Source: a virus. From it: DNA of 64,000 bases. The notes beneath the pieces are model-generated. The model was given only the letters and a program-made list of their open reading frames with translations. It did not search any database and had not been told where the DNA came from. Shown here piece after piece: positions 49,574 to 57,653 of this stretch. The translations under genes were made by a program, and so were the position numbers. Positions within the stretch are counted from its first letter, which is position 1; every line of letters starts with the position of its first letter. The stretch lies in the UHGV virus genome UHGV-1373641; one strand, 5' to 3'.

Positions 49574-49879
49574 ATGACCAGAATATCTTGCGAAGAAGCA
49601 ATCAATTTGTTTCGTCAATACGGTGAAATCGATGAAAAGATTGAGAATCTTGCATCAGCTATTGTGTCCGCAGAAAACGAAGCATGTAGCAAAAAGTTGG
49701 AATTGAGTACTTACTTAGACGATGATGGCGTTGAGCTCGTAGAATATAAGGGGAAACAAGTAGTTCGTGTCGTAGCGTATGGTGAATATGCGGAAAGATA
49801 CGAACTTGATTGCAGTATCGAGGAATTTGTTAATCCTCTTTTGTATTATTTTAGAAGATTGAACGATTATAAGGCGTGA
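49574..49879 (+). CDS. Small protein, divergent paralog family member 3
   Basis: Same size and pattern (CS.EEF.NP..YY.R). More divergent. Confidence 0.4.
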   Translation: MTRISCEEAINLFRQYGEIDEKIENLASAIVSAENEACSKKLELSTYLDDDGVELVEYKGKQVVRVVAYGEYAERYELDCSIEEFVNPLLYYFRRLNDYKA

Positions 49880-49911
49880 GGTCTTTGGTGCCAAGAATCT
49901 GAGCGAAAGAA

Positions 49912-49957
49912 AGATCTTGCTCAGTATGAAAAGCTCAAAGCAAAACTAGGTCTGTAG
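49912..49957 (+). pseudogene. Orphan 3' fragment duplicating the C-terminus of paralog 1 (...LAQYEKLKAKLGL-stop)
   Basis: ATCTTGCTCAGTATGAAAAGCTCAAAGCAAAACTAGGTCTGTAG is near-identical to 49122..49166. Confidence 0.4.
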
Positions 49958-49973
49958 GAAAAGGAGGTATTGA

Positions 49974-50537
49974 ATGGACGCGCATAAATTTCTTGAAAAA
50001 TTGGAGCATCTTGCGAAATACGCTACTCCGGGGCCGTGGAGTGAAAGCAAGCAAGGAACTAATGAAACATATCATCATCGTATCGAACGGTATTATGGTG
50101 GTAAGGAGGTCCCCGAGCATATAGCATATGTCGTCTTGCCGAATGTTTTTGGGAACGTAGACGACGCTGCTTATATTGTCGCCGCGTGTAATGCAGTTCC
50201 GCGATTGGTGGAGATGGTAAAATACTTATCCGAAGAGTCAAGAGTAGAAACAAATGGTACTAATACTTGGAGGATAAGAAAATCGCAAGACATCCTTCAA
50301 GAGGCATATGAAGCCACTGACCCAAAAAGAAATCTTGAATCCGAAGAACCTTCCAATACTTTGACATGGACAAATGAAATTCCGAAGGTTCCCGGATTTT
50401 ATTGGATGAGGAGCAGTCTCTTCCCAGAGCCTCATATTATGAATTTTAGTATTGAGGTGGTCCCCCTGTGTGCTGATGACCTTCTTCCGGATTTAGAGTT
50501 TGCTGGCCCTATTCCTGAACCAACAGAATCGATGTAG
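49974..50537 (+). CDS. Hypothetical protein, possibly Ea22/Ead-like (ATPGPW motif)
   Basis: N-terminal LAKYATPGPWSE motif recalled from Ead/Ea22-like prophage proteins. Confidence 0.3.
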   Translation: MDAHKFLEKLEHLAKYATPGPWSESKQGTNETYHHRIERYYGGKEVPEHIAYVVLPNVFGNVDDAAYIVAACNAVPRLVEMVKYLSEESRVETNGTNTWRIRKSQDILQEAYEATDPKRNLESEEPSNTLTWTNEIPKVPGFYWMRSSLFPEPHIMNFSIEVVPLCADDLLPDLEFAGPIPEPTESM

Positions 50538-50543
50538 CTACTT

Positions 50544-51056
50544 ATGGAAGTATTGCCCGTGAACTGTTATAAAGGGATTACTATTCCGGAAGGAATGACT
50601 GATCAAGATATGTTAAAAATGTTTCGTGACGGATTTTATACTGAATTTGTTAAAAACAGATATAAAGGAGGATCTATGTATACTTTAGGAAATGAGATTA
50701 TTAATGAATATAAAGTAGAAGGCAACCGTGAGATCACCAATGGGGAAAGGAAAGTCAGTGAGGTTATCCATCAGGCTATGTTACGATGCTTCTCTGGTAA
50801 AGGGAAGGAGCGTCATAATATAGAAGGCACTGTAGACTTTATGGACCAGCCTCTCATGGAAATCTCTCGTAGAGTAGGCATAGGTGGACCGCTCTATCAA
50901 GTCCATAAGAAGGCATATGAGGCTCATGATATGGTTCGCAAAGGCGATTTTGAACGTGCCAGAAATGAGCTTCTTGATATCATCATCTATACCGCAGCAA
51001 CTGTTCTTCTTCTGGATGAGCAGTCAAATAATAATCAAAAGGAGCGCGAATCCTAA
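50544..51056 (+). CDS. Hypothetical all-alpha protein, possibly MazG-like nucleotide pyrophosphohydrolase
   Basis: 170 aa. Helical ELLDIIIYTAATVLLL segment. Weak call. Confidence 0.25.
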   Translation: MEVLPVNCYKGITIPEGMTDQDMLKMFRDGFYTEFVKNRYKGGSMYTLGNEIINEYKVEGNREITNGERKVSEVIHQAMLRCFSGKGKERHNIEGTVDFMDQPLMEISRRVGIGGPLYQVHKKAYEAHDMVRKGDFERARNELLDIIIYTAATVLLLDEQSNNNQKERES

Positions 51057-51379
51057 TGAATACTCAGCATTATTTGACCGATGAATTTGTGGAAGACCTT
51101 GTAAAAGACATTTCCGCTAACATGGATTACGTCGACGGGGTGAATATTCTAAATAAAATCGTCGAAAATATGTATAAAATCTCAAAGAAATTTGTTTTTC
51201 AAACGGGTAATGTTTTTGCAATGGGGGAAGTATATAAAGTTCTGGATGAAGCTGACAAGATGATCAAAAAACTGGAAAATCCAGATGATATGACGCCAGA
51301 AATCCAAGAAAAACTATTCTTCGCCGCGTCGCTTACCCTGATGATTGCTCAAAAAGAACTCCAAATTACCCCAGAATAA
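51056..51379 (+). CDS. Hypothetical protein
   Basis: 107-aa ORF, ATGA overlap with the previous gene. Confidence 0.3.
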   Translation: MNTQHYLTDEFVEDLVKDISANMDYVDGVNILNKIVENMYKISKKFVFQTGNVFAMGEVYKVLDEADKMIKKLENPDDMTPEIQEKLFFAASLTLMIAQKELQITPE

Positions 51380-51390
51380 TCATTAATAAA

Positions 51391-51426
51391 AAAGAGCATC
51401 CATAATTTAGATGCTCTTTTTTATTA
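51391..51426 (+). terminator. Intrinsic terminator
   Basis: AAAGAGCATC-loop-GATGCTCTTT followed by TTTTATT. Confidence 0.55.
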
Positions 51427-51455
51427 CAAAATTGTAAAATTATTGGAATGGATAC

Positions 51456-51484
51456 TTGACAAAATTGTAAAATTGATTTACGCT
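51456..51484 (+). promoter_or_regulatory. Promoter for the lysis cassette with direct repeat CAAAATTGTAAAATT x2
   Basis: TTGACA-17-TACGCT. The 15-mer repeat occurs at 51427 and 51460, and a near-identical TTGACAAAATTGTAAAAT occurs at 20889. Confidence 0.35.
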
Positions 51485-51514
51485 ATTTCCTAAAAAATAA
51501 ACAGGAGAAAATGT

Positions 51515-51904
51515 ATGCGTAAATTTTCTAAGCGCTCATTGAACAATCTTGAAGGTGTGCATCCGAAGCTCCGTGCCGTTGTAGAAGCCGCGTTACAGCG
51601 AAGCGAAGTCGATTTCACGGTAGTTGAGGGGCTGCGCACGTATGAAAGACAGGTTCAGTTGAAGAAGGATGGGTTCTCAAAGACCTTGAAGTCCTACCAT
51701 CTGAAACAGTCAGACGGGTATGGGCACGCTGTCGACCTGTATCCTTACTACAATGGGTCTGTGCAGGTTGAACCCGATAAGGAAAAGTGGTTGATGATTA
51801 ATAAGGCCATGATGGAATGCGCAGAAGAACTTGGTGTGAATCTTACGTGGGGCGGAAATTGGAAGACTATCGTTGACCAGCCGCATTATCAGATTGAGTT
51901 TTAA
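51515..51904 (+). CDS. Endolysin, peptidase M15 (VanY/L-Ala-D-Glu peptidase-like)
   Basis: Zinc-binding SxHxxGxAxD motif (SYHLKQSDGYGHAVDL) and second His near the C-terminus. Confidence 0.7.
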   Translation: MRKFSKRSLNNLEGVHPKLRAVVEAALQRSEVDFTVVEGLRTYERQVQLKKDGFSKTLKSYHLKQSDGYGHAVDLYPYYNGSVQVEPDKEKWLMINKAMMECAEELGVNLTWGGNWKTIVDQPHYQIEF

Positions 51905-51950
51905 CAGGTAACAAAAAATTCATAGGAGAGGGAAGGATGAAGGAAAAACT

Positions 51951-52526
51951 ATGGATTTTGATTGGAAAAGTGTCGTTGGAACCGTTGCTCCAACAATCGC
52001 TACCGCTCTTGGTGGCCCTCTTGCTGGAGTTGCAGTATCATCATTAGCAGCGGCATTCGGGCTTTCCTCGGATGCTGACGAAAAGCAAGTAGCTCAATGT
52101 GTGCAGAAAGCATCTTTCGAGCAACTCGCAGAATTAAAAAAGGTTGATTCCGACTTTAAAGCAAAGTTAGCTGAGTTGGAGGTAGACCTTGTTCGTATTT
52201 CTGCTGATGACAGAAAGGACGCCCGCCAACGTGAAATAGACGCTGACGACTCTTCGACGCCGAAACTTCTTGCCATTATAAACGTGATTGGCAACCTTGC
52301 CGTTTCTGCCGCGATATTTTATGCTATGGCCTTGTATATGAATGGAACTCTCTCAGATATAAAAGTTCCTGAGTTCCTTGTCGCTCTGATTGGTGGTGTT
52401 GTGTCGAATATCTATTCTAGCTCGAAACAAGTGATGGAATATTACTTCGGATCGTCTAATTCATCAAATTCGCAGAATAGACTTTTGTACCATTCCTCTC
52501 CGATAGGAAGCACTTCAAAAAAGTAG
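51951..52526 (+). CDS. Putative holin / lysis membrane protein
   Basis: Three hydrophobic helices with a charged coiled-coil insert. Follows the endolysin. Confidence 0.4.
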   Translation: MDFDWKSVVGTVAPTIATALGGPLAGVAVSSLAAAFGLSSDADEKQVAQCVQKASFEQLAELKKVDSDFKAKLAELEVDLVRISADDRKDARQREIDADDSSTPKLLAIINVIGNLAVSAAIFYAMALYMNGTLSDIKVPEFLVALIGGVVSNIYSSSKQVMEYYFGSSNSSNSQNRLLYHSSPIGSTSKK

Positions 52527-52533
52527 GAAGATC

Positions 52534-52845
52534 ATGGCGGACAATACGCAGCACTCGGCATCACCTAATCTCGGGTGCCTAGCTTGCCACAATATGACGA
52601 ACGAGGAAACAATACGGCATATTCTTATTCTTGCCCACCGTATTGATGAACGGACTGGAAACCAAAGCATGTTGATTGAAGAAATGCGTAAAAAGCTCGA
52701 TAAAATCGACATTAACAACATCACGGAAATGAAAGAAACTCTTAAACGACATGATAGACAAATTTCGATCTGGAAAGGCGCGTTAGGCATCTTATCCGCC
52801 GCATTCACGATATTCGTTACATGGTTTATCAACGTGTACAAGTAA
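52534..52845 (+). CDS. C-terminally membrane-anchored small protein (lysis accessory?)
   Basis: 103 aa, single C-terminal TM helix GALGILSAAFTIFVTWFINVY. Confidence 0.35.
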   Translation: MADNTQHSASPNLGCLACHNMTNEETIRHILILAHRIDERTGNQSMLIEEMRKKLDKIDINNITEMKETLKRHDRQISIWKGALGILSAAFTIFVTWFINVYK

Positions 52846-52850
52846 CAAAA

Positions 52851-52890
52851 GAAGGCCCCTAAAACATATTGAATTGTTTTAGGGGCCTTC
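52851..52890. terminator. Bidirectional terminator hairpin
   Basis: GAAGGCCCCTAAAACA / TGTTTTAGGGGCCTTC, 16-bp perfect stem. Confidence 0.6.
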
Positions 52891-53000
52891 GCTTTCGTGG
52901 TTTTTATTGCGATGGAGATGTTCGCAGCACCTTTATCCATCTGTAAAGATTACGAGGAATGACTTATGGAACCACGAAATTTATTATTTTTCATTTAGAT

Positions 53001-53207
53001 TTACAGAGATTTCGGTGCGGAGTCTTTTTTGTCCTTATTGGCGTTTCTAGCCGTCATAAACGCGCTTATGCCAATAAACGAGATAAGATACATAACTTCG
53101 TTCGGATCTAATAGATTTATCCAGTCCCATCTGAGCGCACTACAAATAACCCAGAGCGCAAACATAGAATCAATAAAATAAATTGCTGAGGATTTAAACT
53201 TTTCCAT
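53001..53207 (-). CDS. Small two-TM membrane protein (holin-like)
   Basis: Likely start MEKFKSS at 53207. Two hydrophobic helices, basic C-terminus. Confidence 0.35.
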   Translation of the reverse strand: MEKFKSSAIYFIDSMFALWVICSALRWDWINLLDPNEVMYLISFIGISAFMTARNANKDKKDSAPKSL

Positions 53208-53759
53208 TACACCATTCCTTTTTTTTAATTGTGTCCGAGTGGCGGGAGTTGCACCTAAAATGCTGATCAAGCATTCGCATTTTCTTCGAAGCTGTTTACT
53301 TCGCGCAGATGTTTTAACTGTGGCCCGTCAGAATCAATATCTTTTTTTTTCAATGAGTGCCTACTAGTATGCGGTTTTCTCATCTAGATCCTGACTAAGC
53401 TCTTAAACTACACCCGGAGATTTGTGGGGCCAAACGGACCTCGATAGGATACGCAAGGAGGTCGAATCGTTCCTTTCAAGATCACGTTTGGCTTTTATCG
53501 ATGAAGAGGATCTTGCGTTCTCGATCCACACGGGGAGATACGTAGATCAACTCAATCCATCGAAATATTATCGATATTTAATAGGGTCTTGCAAGTAACG
53601 AAGCATCGTAACCACGAGTTTGATATGCTAGTTCTATCTATCGTCATAGAAGGTCTATTGCGTCGCAGCTACTATTAGTCTATGTCTTTCGACATATCCG
53701 TCAGTTTTTCAACGCACTTGTCTGCTCTACTTCGTATCCCGTATAAATATCGATAAATT

Positions 53760-53849
53760 TGGCGGACAAGGTAGGATTCGAACCCACGGACGCTCCTGCG
53801 CCAACGGTTTTCAAGACCGCCCCAATAAGCCTGACTCTGGCACCTGTCC
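53760..53849 (-). tRNA. tRNA-Ser (anticodon UGA), class II with long variable arm
   Basis: Cloverleaf folds. Anticodon arm CGGTCTTGAAAACCG. TTCGAAT T-loop. CCA encoded. Confidence 0.8.
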
Positions 53850-53864
53850 TGTTTTTAATTCTTC

Positions 53865-53941
53865 TGGCTGTGGGAGACGGGATTGAACCGCCAACACCTT
53901 GATTAACAGTCAAGTGTTCTACCAAACTGAACTATCCCACA
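53865..53941 (-). tRNA. tRNA-Asn (anticodon GUU)
   Basis: Cloverleaf folds. Anticodon loop CTGTTAA. CCA encoded. Confidence 0.8.
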
Positions 53942-53950
53942 ATATTTTTT

Positions 53951-54027
53951 GGTACTACCGATGGGATTCGAACCCAATACTGTAGGGTTTTTAAGACCCT
54001 TGCCTCTACCTGTTGGGCTACGATAGT
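53951..54027 (-). tRNA. tRNA with anticodon UAA (Leu by anticodon) but short class I variable loop
   Basis: Acceptor ACTATCG/CGGTAGT. Anticodon arm AGGGT-CTTAAAA-ACCCT. Variable loop only ~5-6 nt. CCA encoded. Confidence 0.6.
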
Positions 54028-54031
54028 ATGA

Positions 54032-54107
54032 TGGTAGACCCGATAGGACTCGAACCTATAACTTCCCGGTTATGAGCCGGATCTTCTGCCAATTGAAGTA
54101 CGAGTCC
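54032..54107 (-). tRNA. tRNA-Met or Ile2 (anticodon CAU)
   Basis: Cloverleaf folds. Anticodon loop CTCATAA. CCA encoded. Confidence 0.75.
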
Positions 54108-54244
54108 ATTAAAAATTTTGATTATGGGAGACGCAATAAAGGAGGAAATTGCGTCTCCCGATTCGAGGAGCAAACGTATGAATGAATTGATGGAAACCTT
54201 ATACTAAACTTAAATCAGAATGTCAAGAACTTTTTTAATAGTTT

Positions 54245-54511
54245 TTAAGGTCGTTCGATCATACTGGGAACAAGTGTTGCGGAATAAATGATTTTTTCTT
54301 CATCCGGGCCATCCTCGTTCTCAACGAAGGCTTCAAATTCGATCTTACTGACACTAAAAAGGACAGTAATAGCGTCAATCTTGTCGCCTTTCTTAAAATC
54401 GCCAATATCCATGTTCAAAGTGCAATCATAAAACACAAAGTCGAAAGTGTCAAGCTGATCCCAACCTTCACAAGAAAACATTCTTTCAAAGAAATCAGTG
54501 CTCGTGTCCAT
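54245..54511 (-). CDS. Small acidic hypothetical protein embedded in the tRNA cluster
   Basis: 88-aa ORF. Confidence 0.3.
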   Translation of the reverse strand: MDTSTDFFERMFSCEGWDQLDTFDFVFYDCTLNMDIGDFKKGDKIDAITVLFSVSKIEFEAFVENEDGPDEEKIIYSATLVPSMIERP

Positions 54512-54537
54512 CTATGGATCTCCTTTTTATAGATTTA

Positions 54538-54614
54538 TGGTGCGACCGATGGGGCTTGAACCCATAACTTGCCAATTAAAAGTCGGCTACTCTTGCCAAT
54601 TGAGTTACGGTCGC
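54538..54614 (-). tRNA. tRNA-Lys (anticodon UUU)
   Basis: Acceptor GCGACCG/CGGTCGC. Anticodon loop CTTTTAA. CCA encoded. Confidence 0.8.
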
Positions 54615-54619
54615 ATGGA

Positions 54620-54688
54620 GTGTGGGAAGCGGGATTGAACCGCCAACATATACCTTTGTATTGTTCTACCAAATTGAACTACCCCACA
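54620..54688 (-). ncRNA. tRNA-like element (Asn-tRNA-related acceptor, D and T arms) with the anticodon arm replaced by a 12-nt mini-hairpin; candidate Y-RNA-like tRNA mimic or tRNA pseudogene
   Basis: Acceptor TGTGGGG/TCCCACA. D arm GTTC-AATTTGGTA-GAAC. T arm GGCGG-TTCAATC-CCGCT. Anticodon region is ATACAAAGGTAT (4-bp stem, 4-nt loop). No encoded CCA. Lies 10 nt 3' of the Ro60-like gene on the same strand. Confidence 0.5.
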
Positions 54689-54701
54689 CACACATCAATT
54701 T

Positions 54702-56222
54702 TTATCTGATACGAGCATACCTTTCCGAGCCAAGGATGTCAAGCATAACTTCGATAGGTTTTTTGTTTTGTACTGCCATCTTGAACGCAGAAGGCGACAG
54801 ACCGGAAACTATCGTTGCTCCCACCTCATCTTTCTGGACAGGAAGATTTCTTCCTCGACTATTCACATTCCAGAATACGATGGTAGGCAGCGAGTATCCA
54901 TGTGCTCGGAAAGATTCTTTCATGTATTCAAAAGCTGTCTTCGAATAGTCCGTAGATTCATTAAACTCCATATCGGAAATGATATACAGAGTTTCCGGAA
55001 GGTCTTCTTGCTTCAATTTATGCCTCATGGCGGTGGAGAGAATCAAAGAAAACACAGCTTCAATGTTCGTGCCATAGCCCCAATTGGCGGAAACCATGTT
55101 CGAGAGTTTTTCTCGCATCGTATTTCCGTAGATTTTTACAAGCTCCGGTTCGGTACTGAAAGTAAAGAAATGGTCTTTGAACGGGCCTTTGCTTCTTTCA
55201 GCGAAATACAATCCAAGAGAAATAGCCACGTCAAGAGCCGTGACACTTGAAGATTTGGATACTCGGGACAGCATAGAGCCACTGGTATCTACTACGCAAA
55301 TAGCATTTTTGTTTCGACCAGTATAGTCCGGCAACGCTCTCCACATTTCATCGTAGATATCTTCATATTCCTCTCCGTCCCGCTGAACACCATAAACAAT
55401 GTCGTAGGGGTAAAGAACGCTCGAATTTACCTTTTTCTTGCCGCGTTTAACAGCTTCGGTATATTCTGAAAAACCAAAAGGGTCATTTCTTGTAAATGCC
55501 TTTGTGTGTTTCATCAAAGCATAGGAAGGGAGCTTGCTATAATCAATGTCGCTCCATTTTTTCGAGCACATTTCCTGTTCGACAATATTCAGATGCTTTC
55601 GGATATTTACGATGGTCTTGCGGCATTTCTTCTCGTTCCCATCGAAAATATCGTCCACAAGTTTCTTTGCGAGGTTTTTTCTCCATTGAGAGGACACACT
55701 GTTCTTTAGCGGAAACCATTTCGCGCAAAGAGTCAGATTTTCGTAATGTCCGAGATTGATTTTACCTTCATCGAGGTCGAGAATCGTTTTCACGAAATTA
55801 ACCATAAAATCATATATGGATTCGTTACTCGGATAGATAGCCTCCATAATCCAGAAAAAATCATCCCATCTGCCATATTTGGGGATTTGTCCGATGTTAT
55901 AGATGATATCGTTTCGGTCGTCAGTATAACCGTTTTTGATAATATCATACAACATACAGACCCTAAAAATGTCCCTTTCACCCTGTCCGCCGCGAACATC
56001 ACGCAGATAGAAGAGGTTTTTCCTTGCCAAACTCTTATTTTCTTCTAATGCTTCCTCAAAAAGCTCCTTCGCGGAATTGAGGGAGTCTCGTTTAGCGGAG
56101 GCCAATGCGAAAAAGTTCAGATTGGCATTATCGGAATCAGAATAGGTAAGGCATCCGTTTTCCGTAACAGAATTAAGATTTTTGTTAAATGCCGAAATAA
56201 AAGGCGAAATTTTCGTACTCAT
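54702..56222 (-). CDS. Ro60/TROVE-like protein with C-terminal vWA domain (DUF2828-like)
   Basis: 506 aa. MIDAS VVDTSGSMLSRVSKSSSVTALDVAISLGLYF and later TLYIISDMEFNES align from memory with human Ro60 AVDVSASMNQRVLGS... and DVFIVFTDNET. N-terminal ~300 aa helical (TROVE-like). Confidence 0.5.
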   Translation of the reverse strand: MSTKISPFISAFNKNLNSVTENGCLTYSDSDNANLNFFALASAKRDSLNSAKELFEEALEENKSLARKNLFYLRDVRGGQGERDIFRVCMLYDIIKNGYTDDRNDIIYNIGQIPKYGRWDDFFWIMEAIYPSNESIYDFMVNFVKTILDLDEGKINLGHYENLTLCAKWFPLKNSVSSQWRKNLAKKLVDDIFDGNEKKCRKTIVNIRKHLNIVEQEMCSKKWSDIDYSKLPSYALMKHTKAFTRNDPFGFSEYTEAVKRGKKKVNSSVLYPYDIVYGVQRDGEEYEDIYDEMWRALPDYTGRNKNAICVVDTSGSMLSRVSKSSSVTALDVAISLGLYFAERSKGPFKDHFFTFSTEPELVKIYGNTMREKLSNMVSANWGYGTNIEAVFSLILSTAMRHKLKQEDLPETLYIISDMEFNESTDYSKTAFEYMKESFRAHGYSLPTIVFWNVNSRGRNLPVQKDEVGATIVSGLSPSAFKMAVQNKKPIEVMLDILGSERYARIR

Positions 56223-56480
56223 AATTTTTTCTCCAAGGTTCTGCGTCCTTTGGGGACGCTACTTCCAGTATGAATGTTGTGTTGTTGCTGTGAGAACCTT
56301 TATTTAAATAACTAGGTGCTTTTACATTATTGCTTAACAGGCAAGTGTAATTTTTGTTGCTGTGAGCACCTAAATGATTATGAGCTGTGTATGAGTTTTA
56401 ACTAGATGCCGTTTTAAATAATCATAGTATTTAACTTTAATATGCTGTCTGCATCTGCTCATTCGCTCATCGTGAAAAGG

Positions 56481-56509
56481 AATATAGTTAAACTTTTTTG
56501 ATTTGTCAA
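56481..56509 (-). promoter_or_regulatory. Sigma70-like promoter driving the Ro60-like gene and the tRNA cluster, with ~250-nt structured leader
   Basis: Minus strand TTGACA (plus 56504..56509) - 17 - TATATT (plus 56481..56486). Confidence 0.4.
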
Positions 56510-56541
56510 CTACTTTTTTAAAATATTTTTAAATTATTGGT

Positions 56542-57012
56542 TTAATTGAAGAAACCTTCCGGAGATCCGAAAGAATCTTCACCTCCTAGATTAAGTTCTC
56601 CCTTCTTCCTAGCTACTCGGCTACGAGAATCCGGCGTGAGTCCAAACCTTTGTAGAAGGGTATCAACTTGCTTTTCTGCTTCCATAACAAGTTTCGCAGT
56701 AGGATTGTTTTTCCTGATACCTGACGGCGTAATATACGTCTCGCCGCCTTGGGCTTTCAAATCCCTGCGGAGTTTAAGCATCCTATTCACCGCATAAACT
56801 AGGAGTTCCAAAGCCAGAGAGTATTCAGCGTGGTCAAGGCCCTTCTGTGCGATAACATCAGCAATCGTGTTATAAATATCTTCCGAGGACATTTTGTCCC
56901 AATTGATTTTTCTTAGCGGTCCCTCAGCCAATGGAACGTCTACTCCATGCTTCGTAGAATTGTATGTACCATCTTGCTTATGGGCTTCGATTGATTTAGT
57001 TTGACGGCGCAA
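56542..57012 (-). CDS. Terminase small subunit, P27 family
   Basis: 156 aa. Motif LLQRFGLTPDSRSRV matches the P27-family GLTPaSR signature. NPTAKL motif. Confidence 0.6.
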   Translation of the reverse strand: MRRQTKSIEAHKQDGTYNSTKHGVDVPLAEGPLRKINWDKMSSEDIYNTIADVIAQKGLDHAEYSLALELLVYAVNRMLKLRRDLKAQGGETYITPSGIRKNNPTAKLVMEAEKQVDTLLQRFGLTPDSRSRVARKKGELNLGGEDSFGSPEGFFN

Positions 57013-57344
57013 TGATTTTCTCCTTTTTTAGATTAAATTTATTAAAAATATTAAGCCATAAACGAATTTTTGTCAATAGTTTTATTAAAAATTCGTTTAA
57101 AAAATTTACATGAATAATTACAACCGGATAAAAGCTCAGAAATCGAAAAAAATGTTTTTTTGAGTCAACGACGGTACTATAGCGCGTTTCACGTGAAACA
57201 TCCGACCCTCCCCCTCCCATCTAGTTGAAATCATTTACAATTTAAAATGGTGTTTCACAAAGAATTGTATGCAATATTAATACCAAGTTGTAAGTAGTTG
57301 ATTGTATTAATAGTTATTTCTTGAACAATCGTTGAAAATCCCCG

Positions 57345-57500
57345 TGCACGACCGTCAACAGCCGTCAACAAGCGTCACAAACTGTCAACGATCGTCATCT
57401 ACAGTCAACTACTGTCAACGATCGTCATCTACAGTCAACTACTGTCAACGATCGTCATCAGGTGTCATTGACTTGGGACCATCGGGACCATCATAGAATA
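57345..57500. repeat. CGTCAAC-type repeat array including 30-bp tandem ACTGTCAACGATCGTCATCTACAGTCAACT x2.6 and GGGACCATC x2
   Basis: Direct reading. 57381..57459 carries the 30-bp units. Upstream GTCAACAGCCGTCAACAAGCGTCAC. Confidence 0.6.
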
Positions 57501-57593
57501 GCCATACCGATATTGTGGCACAGTACTTGCAATACCTTATATAATATATGGGTATACGAATGTTTTTTCTTTTCGATTATTTCATAGATTCGC

Positions 57594-57622
57594 TTGACAG
57601 TGATTTAGGAGTTGCGTAGAGT
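57594..57622 (+). promoter_or_regulatory. Sigma70-like promoter of the plus-strand small-gene block
   Basis: TTGACA-17-TAGAGT upstream of the GNAT gene. Confidence 0.4.
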
Positions 57623-57653
57623 CTCTTTAAACGAATCGCACGGAGGAATTACT

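Noticed and set aside
53701-53925. ORF 53701..53925 (74 aa)
   Set aside because: Overlaps tRNA-Ser and tRNA-Asn genes. Translation of tRNA sequence.
54127-54160. Hairpin GGGAGACGC...GCGTCTCCC as a terminator for the small ORF at 54245
   Set aside because: Good stem, but no adjacent U-tract on either strand. It could equally be a processing site within the tRNA operon. Left unannotated.
54702-56222. Considered whether the 506-aa protein is the missing large terminase
   Set aside because: No Walker A/B ATPase or RNaseH-like nuclease motifs. It has a clear vWA MIDAS motif instead.
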